A stretch of 33,963 bases of DNA from a virus. The DNA lies in the IMG/VR virus record IMGVR_UViG_3300016476_000653, positions 1 to 33,963 of that record, one strand, 5' to 3'. Shown one piece after another: positions 25,861-33,662 of this stretch (positions are counted from its first letter, which is position 1; the number at the start of each line of letters is the position of its first letter). The notes under the pieces were generated by a model. That model was given only the letters and a program-made list of their open reading frames with translations, was not told the DNA's origin and made no database searches. The translations under genes were made by a program, and so were the position numbers.

Positions 25861-26064
25861 ATATTATATATTATATAGTATATTATATAATATACATTAT
25901 AAAATATATACCACCATTTAATAGTTAGTAAAGTTTCTTTACTGATGGTAAAGTATATTGGCCAAAATATTTTTTAAATATTTTAATATTTTTTTAGGTT
26001 ATTTAATATTTAGGTATTATCTTTACTATGTCAATAATGACAAACAAATCAAAATCTATTTATC

Positions 26065-26175
26065 ATGAACACATTATCTACAATCCTTGCAATCGCTCAA
26101 GGTCTTTTATTTATCAGCTTTTTAACGGCTGTTATGTTATTAATCAAAGAACAATTAACCTTTAAATCTAAATAA
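26065..26175 (+). CDS. Possible 36-aa single-TM peptide, first ORF of the rightward arm
   Basis: Hand translation: MNTLSTILAIAQGLLFISFLTAVMLLIKEQLTFKSK. Confidence 0.35.
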   Translation: MNTLSTILAIAQGLLFISFLTAVMLLIKEQLTFKSK

Positions 26176-26177
26176 TC

Positions 26178-26288
26178 ATGGGACAATTTATTACACTCGG
26201 TGAAGCTATCTTAATCAGTATTAGTACTGTTTTAGTATGGGCATTTATTAAAACTATTCTTGAATCATTCGACAACAAAAACAAATAA
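26178..26288 (+). CDS. Possible second 36-aa single-TM peptide
   Basis: Hand translation: MGQFITLGEAILISISTVLVWAFIKTILESFDNKNK; starts 2 nt after the previous stop. Confidence 0.35.
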   Translation: MGQFITLGEAILISISTVLVWAFIKTILESFDNKNK

Positions 26289-26307
26289 AACTTTAAAAAT
26301 CTACACA

Positions 26308-26775
26308 ATGACAAACACACAAACACAAACAGACATTGAACTTTTACGAGTTGGTTGCGACAATTGCGGAAACTCTCGTTATGTTGTCCATTTTCTTAAC
26401 TTCATAACAGACAAAGACAAAGAAGAGGCAAGAATGTTGTCTAAGACTTGCAGCCCTTTTCATTTCCCTACTCATTACGAGTACGAGATAGCGGTAAATA
26501 AGGCACGTAAAATAGGCGGCAAAAGATACACCGCTAAGCATTACGGCGGCGGCATTGTTTTTACTTCTAATTCAAAAGAGGCTTTAATTGAGTCAATCAA
26601 TGAATTAATGGATGATAATACAAAAGACTTTTTTTTATCTTTTAATGGCAGACAATTGGGAGCAATTGGAAAAGTTTACCCAATTATTACAAAAATAAGA
26701 GCAGTAGACGAAGCGGAGGCAATTAACTTGCTTTATAATAAATACGAACACATTACCAATTTAATCATTAAATAA
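26308..26775 (+). CDS. Conserved phage early protein, unknown function
   Basis: 155 aa from the ATG (the track ORF starts at an upstream TTG); CDNCGNSRYVVHFLNF...IGGKRYTAKHYGGGIVFTS. Confidence 0.65.
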   Translation: MTNTQTQTDIELLRVGCDNCGNSRYVVHFLNFITDKDKEEARMLSKTCSPFHFPTHYEYEIAVNKARKIGGKRYTAKHYGGGIVFTSNSKEALIESINELMDDNTKDFFLSFNGRQLGAIGKVYPIITKIRAVDEAEAINLLYNKYEHITNLIIK

Positions 26776-26793
26776 TACCTAAAATAAAACACA

Positions 26794-27102
26794 ATGAGAA
26801 AAATAACACAAAACACAATCAACGCTTTTTTGAATGATGACCAAATCAAAATTGATAATACTCAAGTAATAGTTAACGCTAATTATGGAGACCCTCGCAC
26901 CGAATTGTATCTATTTGACAACCTAATAGCACAAAAAAGAATTGGAAGCAAAACTATTCAAATAACAAATGCAGATTGGAAAAGCAAGACAACAAAAGAA
27001 CGTTTAAACGCTTTACCAGGTGTAAGAATAAACCAAAAAAAGGGAGATTGGTATTTAAACGGCCATAAATGGGAAGGCGATTGGATAACGATACAAAATT
27101 AA
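26794..27102 (+). CDS. Conserved phage early protein, unknown function
   Basis: 102 aa; ELYLFDNLIAQK...NADWKSKTTKERLNALPGV...GDWYLNGHKWEGDW. Confidence 0.65.
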   Translation: MRKITQNTINAFLNDDQIKIDNTQVIVNANYGDPRTELYLFDNLIAQKRIGSKTIQITNADWKSKTTKERLNALPGVRINQKKGDWYLNGHKWEGDWITIQN

Positions 27103-27181
27103 AAGGGTTTACTGATGAGCTGTTAAATCCAGCGAAACGGAACAAGTTCCCCCACTTGTCCGTATAAACCAAAAGCAAACA

Positions 27182-27379
27182 ATGACACAAAAGCAAATCG
27201 ACACAACTCGCAAGAGATTGCCGAGAATGTCAAGAAAAAGCCTACTAAGTACCATTTTTAGCCTATATAAAGGCGAATTGAGTGCAGAAGATTACGAGAA
27301 CATCGCAAAGGCTACTGACTCAAAAATAAGAATTGCAATTATGAGCAAATTATTATTTACTGAGTATTTAGCGAAATAA
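27182..27379 (+). CDS. Hypothetical protein
   Basis: 65-aa ORF, basic N-terminus; followed by a 369-bp non-coding region. Confidence 0.5.
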   Translation: MTQKQIDTTRKRLPRMSRKSLLSTIFSLYKGELSAEDYENIAKATDSKIRIAIMSKLLFTEYLAK

Positions 27380-27557
27380 GCCGAAATAAGACAAACAAAA
27401 TGCGTTTGAGGTATTCACCTTAAACAATAAATAAAAGCCAAAAATGAGGCTGTAAAGTGCGTTAAATTGCATGTTAAGGTATTATGTGCCATAAATCGGC
27501 ACAATATTGCCCTAAATGTGCACTAAAATACACATTACGGCAACATACGGACACACT

Positions 27558-27625
27558 CCCAAAAATCTGGTGTGCCCAAAAATCTGGCATACCTAAAAAT
27601 CTGCCATAGGCAAAAATCTGCTATG
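27558..27625. repeat. Four direct repeats phased every 17 bp (iterons)
   Basis: cccaaaaatctggtgtg / cccaaaaatctggcata / cctaaaaatctgccata / ggcaaaaatctgctatg; the aaaaatctg core starts at 27561, 27578, 27595 and 27612. Confidence 0.85.
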
Positions 27626-27748
27626 TCCGATTAATTGTCCAGACAAAAACCAAGACAAAAACTTTTGCAACTCTTTAACAAATTATTAACTAAAAAATAT
27701 TAAAATATAATAAAAAACCTTTAATTTTACTAAACCAAAACTAAAAAC

Positions 27749-27955
27749 ATGCACGAATTAATTACACTTACCCATCGAATGAGATGTGCTATCACTGGCA
27801 CAATCATTGAAAAAGGCGAACAAGCCTACTACAACTACGAGACAAAAAACTGCATCCTACCAGTTGAATACGAGCGTGGTATGTCTAAGACAGTTATCGG
27901 AGATAAAAAAACCTACTTTACCAGATTATCTAAATTAAATACAAAAAACCTTTAA
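27749..27955 (+). CDS. Hypothetical protein
   Basis: 68-aa ORF, first in a run of tightly abutting plus-strand ORFs. Confidence 0.5.
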   Translation: MHELITLTHRMRCAITGTIIEKGEQAYYNYETKNCILPVEYERGMSKTVIGDKKTYFTRLSKLNTKNL

Positions 27956-27956
27956 C

Positions 27957-28178
27957 ATGAAAACCTACACATTTATCGAAGAGCACGACTTTTTACTAAA
28001 CGAAATTTTTTACTTTACCAGATTAGACGGAATGTTCGTTCCTGGGAGTATGTCCAAAGATTACGATAAGGCGTATTCGATTTATCAAGATTGTTTGAGA
28101 ACTACACCTAAAAATGAAGAGAAAGTCTTAATGACGGTTACAATCCCATTAAATCAAACAAATGAAACTATCTCTTGA
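27957..28178 (+). CDS. Hypothetical protein
   Basis: 73-aa ORF starting 1 nt after the previous stop. Confidence 0.5.
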   Translation: MKTYTFIEEHDFLLNEIFYFTRLDGMFVPGSMSKDYDKAYSIYQDCLRTTPKNEEKVLMTVTIPLNQTNETIS

Positions 28179-28392
28179 ACAAAAGAAAAAAGGTATAAAA
28201 GAAGAATATACCTATGTTAACAGCAACGGCAGAATCTCAAAACAGTACACTTATAAGGGAATGCTTATAAAGTGGGATAACCAAATACTGAATGGTAAAT
28301 GGTTTTACTGGAGGAGCTCATATTACGCCTCACTTGATGCCGCTGTTCAAGGAATTGACAGACACCTAAAATTTTTTACCAAAACTAAATAA
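28162..28392 (+). CDS. Hypothetical protein
   Basis: 76-aa ORF, 17-nt overlap with the upstream gene. Confidence 0.5.
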   Translation: MKLSLEQKKKGIKEEYTYVNSNGRISKQYTYKGMLIKWDNQILNGKWFYWRSSYYASLDAAVQGIDRHLKFFTKTK

Positions 28393-28393
28393 C

Positions 28394-28681
28394 ATGAAAA
28401 TTGACACCGAAGCTCATGAAATGAATGAGTATGAAAAAAGACACGCCTTAAAATTACTTGGCGAAATGCTACACTCAATAGACACTATTGAAGAGTCCTA
28501 TGTTTATTTCTGTACTGACAATGAAAATAAAATAGCAGCTCAAAAACTTATCGAGAAGATAAAAGAAGATATGGGCGATAAAGAGCCTATAGAAGAGGCC
28601 TTAGTTTACCTATCAGTGTTTAAGGCTAAAATTATGTCAGAACACAAAAGATTAAATATTTCATTAAACAATTACAATTAA
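28394..28681 (+). CDS. Hypothetical protein
   Basis: 95-aa ORF, 1-nt spacing. Confidence 0.55.
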   Translation: MKIDTEAHEMNEYEKRHALKLLGEMLHSIDTIEESYVYFCTDNENKIAAQKLIEKIKEDMGDKEPIEEALVYLSVFKAKIMSEHKRLNISLNNYN

Positions 28682-28682
28682 T

Positions 28683-28967
28683 ATGGAAAACCAAGAATTA
28701 CAATTAGAAGAGAAGCAACTTACCCCTATTTTCCCATGTGAGTGGTGCTTTAAGTTTAACGATGATGAGCCTACTGTTTTTGCAGCTACTAAAGAAAAAG
28801 TAGATGGACAAGAACCAGCAATTAGACTCGTATTATCAAACACAGCAGAGGCTAAAGTAACATTTACTATGGAGGACAAGTCATTTACTTTATTCTGTAG
28901 ACCATTAACAGAAGCTGGAGAAAATTTAATTAACCAAAACAACGAAGAAGAAAATGATAGAAGTTAA
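28683..28967 (+). CDS. Hypothetical protein, acidic
   Basis: 94-aa ORF, 1-nt spacing. Confidence 0.55.
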   Translation: MENQELQLEEKQLTPIFPCEWCFKFNDDEPTVFAATKEKVDGQEPAIRLVLSNTAEAKVTFTMEDKSFTLFCRPLTEAGENLINQNNEEENDRS

Positions 28968-29154
28968 AGATTACAGAGCACTAATCAGACATGGAGATAT
29001 TAAAAAGATTTGTGCAATTACTGGACTTACGCCTTACTTGTTAAAGACAAGGCTTGAGAAACATGACTACGAAACCGAAGAGATAATCAAAGCATTTTAT
29101 GCTAAAAAATTACAAGCACTAAAAAACCAAATCAATGACTACAGTGAGGAATAG
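28954..29154 (+). CDS. Hypothetical protein (possible small HTH)
   Basis: 66-aa ORF; DIKKICAITGLTPYLLKTRL looks helix-turn-helix-like (weak). Confidence 0.5.
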   Translation: MIEVKDYRALIRHGDIKKICAITGLTPYLLKTRLEKHDYETEEIIKAFYAKKLQALKNQINDYSEE

Positions 29155-29509
29155 ACCATCGAGAGAGCACTTGATGACTAACAAAGCAATAGAAATAGAA
29201 AAATCTTTATTTAAGTTGGTAATTGATAAAGTTGCAGAGACCAACGAAGTGTCAATAAAAAAACTTATAAGTAAAGATAGATACAGAGAGTTAGTATTAG
29301 CCAGAAATATGGCGTATTATATTCTACATACAGCATATAAGCAAAAAGCTTCTCAGATAGCTCCGCATTTTAAAAGAGATAGAACTACAATACTACATGG
29401 TCTTAACACTTTTGTTAATGACATTGAAGTAATACCATTCTACATGGAGAAGTACGAGAAAGTAATGGACTCTTTATTTGAACCTTACCAAATTTACGCA
29501 TTACAATAA
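29135..29509 (+). CDS. DnaA domain IV-like DNA-binding protein
   Basis: RYRELVLARNMAYYILHT...ASQIAPHFKRDRTTILHGLN parallels the DnaA C-terminal R..ARQ.AMYL...IG..FGGRDHTTVLHA. Alternative start at 29174. Confidence 0.7.
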   Translation: MTTVRNRPSREHLMTNKAIEIEKSLFKLVIDKVAETNEVSIKKLISKDRYRELVLARNMAYYILHTAYKQKASQIAPHFKRDRTTILHGLNTFVNDIEVIPFYMEKYEKVMDSLFEPYQIYALQ

Positions 29510-29520
29510 AATCAAAAACT

Positions 29521-29730
29521 ATGTTATCTACATTTCACCAACTATCAGAGCAAGACAAAAAGCTATTCGTAGCTAAAGTATTACATGAGATTAACTATAA
29601 CCAAGCATCATATAATTTGATGAAGTTATTGGTTAGTTACTGGGATGAGAATCCTATAAACCATGTACAATATTTCCCAAACAATTTAAACACAACAAAA
29701 AGAATAAACAATGGACAATCAATTAACTAA
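29521..29730 (+). CDS. Hypothetical protein
   Basis: 69-aa ORF in operon context. Confidence 0.5.
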   Translation: MLSTFHQLSEQDKKLFVAKVLHEINYNQASYNLMKLLVSYWDENPINHVQYFPNNLNTTKRINNGQSIN

Positions 29731-30376
29731 ACCAACTTATGACATCGTAAACAAAGACTCGATGTTATCACTAAGCAATGAACTTGCTAAGCTTATTAAG
29801 GACAAAAAACTTTCAACCAATATTAAGGGAAAGGACTTTGTAAACGTAGAAGGATGGCAGTTCGCTGGAGCTGCATTAGGATTAATGCCAATTATTACAG
29901 AAACCAAAGATTTATCAAATGAGAAAGTAATTAAATATACTGCTACTTGCGAAATTAGAAATATTAGTAGCGGTAATGTAGTTGCTGTAGGTGTTGCACT
30001 ATGTACTAATGCCGAACCAACTAAAAAATATTTTGACGAGTATGCTATCTTATCAATGGCACAAACAAGAGCAATAGGTAAGGCGTATCGTAACTTACTT
30101 GCTTGGTTAATGAAGGCTGCTGGATTTGAAGCTACACCAGCTGAGGAGATGGACTTTGTACATGAAGAGCCTAAAAAATCTAAGCCAGTACAAGAAGTAG
30201 TAGCTGAGATTATAGATGAAGAACCAAATCGTGAAGCACTAATGATGGAGATTGCCAAGTGCACTAAAGTGAAACAATTAACTGACATCTATTTCTCTCA
30301 TAAACAAACCTTTGATGCTGACCAAACTTTAATGTCAGTACTTAAAGCTAAAAAAGAAAACTTAAATCAAAAATAA
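29711..30376 (+). CDS. Conserved replication/recombination-module protein (possible ssDNA-annealing protein; family not assigned)
   Basis: 221 aa; VNVEGWQFAGAALGL...LSMAQTRAIGKAYRNLL...GFEATPAEEM recalls proteins found beside phage recombinases; not verified. Confidence 0.6.
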   Translation: MDNQLTKPTYDIVNKDSMLSLSNELAKLIKDKKLSTNIKGKDFVNVEGWQFAGAALGLMPIITETKDLSNEKVIKYTATCEIRNISSGNVVAVGVALCTNAEPTKKYFDEYAILSMAQTRAIGKAYRNLLAWLMKAAGFEATPAEEMDFVHEEPKKSKPVQEVVAEIIDEEPNREALMMEIAKCTKVKQLTDIYFSHKQTFDADQTLMSVLKAKKENLNQK

Positions 30377-30377
30377 C

Positions 30378-30842
30378 ATGAGCTTAGAATTATTACCTAA
30401 AGTAGAACTTAGTTCTATCGAACCAACAAAGTTTAGTATTGAGTTACTCAAACAAACTATTGTACACCATTTTAGAGAGACTGGCGAAAACCCTCTTGAG
30501 ATGCTTGTTAAGGCTGAGGCGTTAATACAGCTTTTAGACGGCATTAGAGCCGATTTAAAGGAGGATGTGATTAACTTGCTTGATAGACATCCACAAGGAA
30601 AAGCAGAGGTCTTAGGAGCAGAAGTAGCTAAGTTTGAGTCTGGTGTTAAATATGCCTACGATGGAGACTATACTTGGCAAAAACTTAACCAAGAAGTTGA
30701 GTCAATCAAGTATAAGTTAAAAGAAAGAGAGTCTTTACTAAAAACCATCAAAGAACCATTAGTTGACCCAGAAACTGGAGAGATGATATACCCAGCTCCA
30801 AAGTACAGTACAACAACATTTAAAATATCATTAAAAAAATAA
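30378..30842 (+). CDS. Hypothetical protein, helical
   Basis: 154-aa ORF starting 1 nt after the previous stop. Confidence 0.6.
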   Translation: MSLELLPKVELSSIEPTKFSIELLKQTIVHHFRETGENPLEMLVKAEALIQLLDGIRADLKEDVINLLDRHPQGKAEVLGAEVAKFESGVKYAYDGDYTWQKLNQEVESIKYKLKERESLLKTIKEPLVDPETGEMIYPAPKYSTTTFKISLKK

Positions 30843-30843
30843 T

Positions 30844-30999
30844 ATGAGCATACCAACAATGACCAATGAGCAGTTCGCATTATGGATTACTGCACAAACC
30901 AGTAGAACTTTTACGTTTGCACAAGCTACTGAATTTTATAACTGGTTAGAAAGCAAAGCTAAAAAAGCTGATAAGCCAATAACCCCTAAAGGAAAATAA
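30844..30999 (+). CDS. Possible 51-aa protein (below the track cutoff)
   Basis: Hand translation: MSIPTMTNEQFALWITAQTSRTFTFAQATEFYNWLESKAKKADKPITPKGK; starts 1 nt after the previous stop. Confidence 0.4.
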   Translation: MSIPTMTNEQFALWITAQTSRTFTFAQATEFYNWLESKAKKADKPITPKGK

Positions 31000-31118
31000 C
31001 ATGAAAAATACTTTATTATTTATCTACGAACTAACATTTTTTACCTTAATTTCAGTTCCCTTAGCTATAAGTATCTACTTAACTGCTAATATCTTTTACG
31101 AAACAAAACGATTTATTA

Positions 31119-31334
31119 ATGTCTTTAGAGTTAACACCAAGAGGATTAGATAACAATATACAAATTAAGATGGTTTATGTTGATAATAAAGAAGAGGAAG
31201 TTTTTAAATCTATAGCTGCTGCTAATAGAAAAACTAATATCAACGCCAAGTCAATAAGAGATGCACTCAATCCTATCGCAAAAAAGCGATTTGAATTTAA
31301 TGGTAGGATTGTAGTGTTTCGTATAAAAAAATAA
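31119..31334 (+). CDS. Stand-alone NUMOD1-like DNA-binding domain protein (homing-endonuclease-type)
   Basis: VYVDNKEEEVFKSIAAANRKTNINAKSIRDALN...FEFNGRIVVFR resembles the C-terminal DNA-binding modules of phage homing endonucleases. The true start may be the internal ATG at 31170. Confidence 0.5.
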   Translation: MSLELTPRGLDNNIQIKMVYVDNKEEEVFKSIAAANRKTNINAKSIRDALNPIAKKRFEFNGRIVVFRIKK

Positions 31335-31339
31335 TATTT

Positions 31340-31720
31340 ATGAAAAAAGAATTTATCCCTTACGAACAAGCATTAGAACTTAAAAAATTAGGGTTTAATG
31401 AAATTTGTATTTTTTATTATGATTGTGAAGATAAAGAATGGGTAAAACCTGCAGAATTTGCAAGATATAATTATAATGTTTTACGAGGAGATATACTTGC
31501 TCCTTTATACCAACAAGCTTTTAAGTTTTTTAGAGAGAAGTATGGATTAATGGGTGTGGTTGATTGTTTCTTTTATAATTTCAGTTATACATATAATATA
31601 AATGATATAGAAAATGAAAAAATAATTACAAGGTCAAGTCCTGATGATGATTTTACTTTCTACGAAGCAGCAGAACTTGCTTGTCTTAAAAAATTAATTG
31701 AAATAGCTAAAAACAAATAA
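31340..31720 (+). CDS. Conserved hypothetical protein
   Basis: 126-aa ORF; YEQALELKKLGF...YQQAFKFFREKYGL...YEAAELACLKKLIEI. Confidence 0.6.
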   Translation: MKKEFIPYEQALELKKLGFNEICIFYYDCEDKEWVKPAEFARYNYNVLRGDILAPLYQQAFKFFREKYGLMGVVDCFFYNFSYTYNINDIENEKIITRSSPDDDFTFYEAAELACLKKLIEIAKNK

Positions 31721-32322
31721 TGAGCCAATTTTACACAACAATAATACACCCAGTTAGGAAGCACTTTCAGCTGTCTTGTAACGAATACTGCGTATTAGAT
31801 ACGATTATGCGTATGCAGAATAATGAGAGCAACTGGTGCTATATGAGCAGAGAAACGATGGCAAAAGACCTTGATTTGTCAAAGCAGTCTATTTTAAACA
31901 TCATAAACAAGCTAATTGATTTAGGATTACTAACGAGAAACGTAAGTACTAAACACCTAAGAGTTACTGCTTTATTTCAAGAGCATATTAACAACTACAA
32001 AAATTTTACCGATGGTAAAGAAAGTTTACTTGAACAGTCAAAAAACTTTACTGAAACTGGTAAAAAAACTTTACCTAACAATAATACTAACAATAAGAAT
32101 ACATTTATTAGGCCAAAACCAGAACAAGTTACTGAATATGCTAAAGAATTAGGATTTGTTTTAGATGGTAATCATTTTGTTGACCATTATGAAGCAAGAG
32201 GATGGTTAATAGGTAAGAATCCAATGAAAGATTGGAAAGCTGCAGTAAGAACTTGGAAACGAAACAGTAGTACTTTTACTACCAATACACCTACACAAAC
32301 CACTAAAATTAGCCTTAAATAA
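31720..32322 (+). CDS. Replication organiser / initiator-like protein (N-terminal winged helix, C-terminal helicase-loader-type motif)
   Basis: MSRETMAKDLDLSKQSILNIINKLIDLGLL (wHTH); C-terminal FVDHYEARGWLIGKNPMKDWKAAVRTWKRN; TAATG-coupled to dnaB. Confidence 0.65.
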   Translation: MSQFYTTIIHPVRKHFQLSCNEYCVLDTIMRMQNNESNWCYMSRETMAKDLDLSKQSILNIINKLIDLGLLTRNVSTKHLRVTALFQEHINNYKNFTDGKESLLEQSKNFTETGKKTLPNNNTNNKNTFIRPKPEQVTEYAKELGFVLDGNHFVDHYEARGWLIGKNPMKDWKAAVRTWKRNSSTFTTNTPTQTTKISLK

Positions 32323-33659
32323 TGGAAGCAGTATTACTACCACAAAATAAAGAAATAGAAAAGCACATATTAGGAGCTATTTTGATTGACAAAAGAGTAT
32401 TGCCATTGGTTATAGGACATTTAAAAGCAGAAGTTTTCTATGACCTTACACATCAAAAAGTATTCGAGGCTATAAAAAATATGTATAATCAAGGCGTATC
32501 AATAGATATTAGTACTGTCGCACAGAAATTACAATCTGATATTGACATAAAAAACGCTGGTGGTGCTTACTATCTTTCTAAGCTTACTGATGGCGTAGTA
32601 TCTTCAAACCATATTAATACGCACATTGAGATAATTATTGAGCTTTATAAGAAACGTCAAGCATACATGCTACTAAAGCAAACCGAGATTGAGTGCTTAG
32701 ATAACGATAGTCATTCTTTAGATTTACTATCTACAGTAAATAGTAAACTTATAGCTTTACAAGAGTTTGGAAATATCCATGAAAAAACACTTGACGATGT
32801 GATTTTATCACTTAATTATGCCAGAGATAAGGCACAAAGTGGTGAATTATTAGGATTTAACACTGGTTTTGAAGAAATAAATAGCACATTAGCTGGATGG
32901 TGTAAACCAGACCTTATCATAGTTGCTGCAAGACCAGGAATGGGTAAGACAGCTTTTATGTTATCGACTATCTATCACCTATGTATCGTTCAAAAGATAC
33001 CTACGGCCATTTTTAGCCTCGAAATGAGCTCCGAACAATTAGTTGAAAGGTTAGAGTCAATTACGAGCGAAATACCATTAAAACGCCTTAGAATAAATTT
33101 ATTGAACAATGATGAGCGTAAGATACTTATGAAATCAGATGACAAGATATTACTATCCCCTCTACATATTGAAGATAGTGGCGGTATTACTATCTCACAA
33201 CTACGAGCAAAAGCTACCATTATGAAGCAGAAGTACGGTATTAAGGCAGTTTTTATCGATTACTTACAGCTTATGAATGGACAAGGCAAAACTAACCAAA
33301 ACCGAGAGCAGATTGTTAGTGAAATAAGCAGAAGCCTTAAAGCCTTAGCTAAAGAGTTGGAGGTACCTATTATCGCCCTATCTCAATTATCTCGTAGAGT
33401 AGAGGATAGAGCAGATAAGATGCCACAGCTATCAGACCTTAGAGAATCTGGTAGTATTGAACAAGATGCTGATGCTGTTATTATGCTTATGAGACCAGCA
33501 TACTATGAAATGACAGAACCTATTGAGATTGGTGGTACAGAATATGCTACTAATGACTTGGTTATCTGTAAGGTAGAAAAGAATCGTCATGGAAGCACAA
33601 AGAACATACCTTTAAGGTTTTTACCAGAAACAATGACATTTATTGACTATAAAAACTAA
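32322..33659 (+). CDS. dnaB: Replicative DNA helicase, DnaB family
   Basis: AARPGMGKTAF (Walker A), FSLEMS, FIDYLQLM (Walker B), ALSQLSRRVEDR, LSDLRESGSIEQDADAV. Confidence 0.95.
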   Translation: MEAVLLPQNKEIEKHILGAILIDKRVLPLVIGHLKAEVFYDLTHQKVFEAIKNMYNQGVSIDISTVAQKLQSDIDIKNAGGAYYLSKLTDGVVSSNHINTHIEIIIELYKKRQAYMLLKQTEIECLDNDSHSLDLLSTVNSKLIALQEFGNIHEKTLDDVILSLNYARDKAQSGELLGFNTGFEEINSTLAGWCKPDLIIVAARPGMGKTAFMLSTIYHLCIVQKIPTAIFSLEMSSEQLVERLESITSEIPLKRLRINLLNNDERKILMKSDDKILLSPLHIEDSGGITISQLRAKATIMKQKYGIKAVFIDYLQLMNGQGKTNQNREQIVSEISRSLKALAKELEVPIIALSQLSRRVEDRADKMPQLSDLRESGSIEQDADAVIMLMRPAYYEMTEPIEIGGTEYATNDLVICKVEKNRHGSTKNIPLRFLPETMTFIDYKN

Positions 33660-33662
33660 CCT

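Noticed and set aside
26260-26307. TTG-initiated extension of ORF 26260..26775 (and likewise the TTG extension 16754..16768 of the gp10-like gene)
   Set aside because: ATG starts at 26308 and 16753 fit the spacing or TAATG coupling seen throughout. The 26260 extension would overlap the 36-aa ORF ending at 26288.
27139-27161. GC-rich hairpin (ggaacaagt-tccccc-acttgtcc) between 27102 and 27182, considered as a terminator
   Set aside because: No U-tract follows and the flanking genes are co-oriented. It could be an RNA stability or attenuation element, but the sequence gives no further support.
31001-31153. 50-aa hydrophobic ORF (MKNTLLFIYELTFFTLISVPLAISIYLTANIF...)
   Set aside because: It is plausible as a small membrane protein, but it overlaps the 5' end of 31119..31334 by 35 nt and is unsupported by any motif. 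It is left uncalled and mentioned under the NUMOD1-like finding.
299-33220. About 30 track ORFs lying antisense to, or nested out of frame within, longer well-supported genes. Examples: 299..523-, 2140..2454+, 2360..2548+, 3112..3300+, 3572..3754-, 6344..6631+, 9635..9970+, 10135..10359+, 10431..10730+, 10996..11331+, 11058..11258+, 14065..14283+, 15098..15313-, 16200..16523+, 17283..17564+, 18961..19197+, 19447..19650+, 22898..23131+, 23088..23357-, 23164..23364+, 23615..23905-, 23645..23908+, 25184..25435+, 25326..25565+, 26344..26541-, 26954..27196-, 28664..28942-, 29737..30288-, 30362..30544-, 30668..30880-, 31175..31369-, 32990..33220-
   Set aside because: Each overlaps a gene with recognisable motifs or clear operon context on the other strand or frame. 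Their translations are low-complexity (Ser/Leu/Phe/Ile-rich) mirror-frame products typical of AT-rich DNA.
22762-33659. Inteins or group I introns in terL, portal or dnaB (prompted by the presence of a homing endonuclease)
   Set aside because: All three ORFs are continuous, of normal length (apart from the portal C-terminal extension) and have their motifs in the normal order. No Cys/Ser...HN intein blocks or split coding segments were seen.
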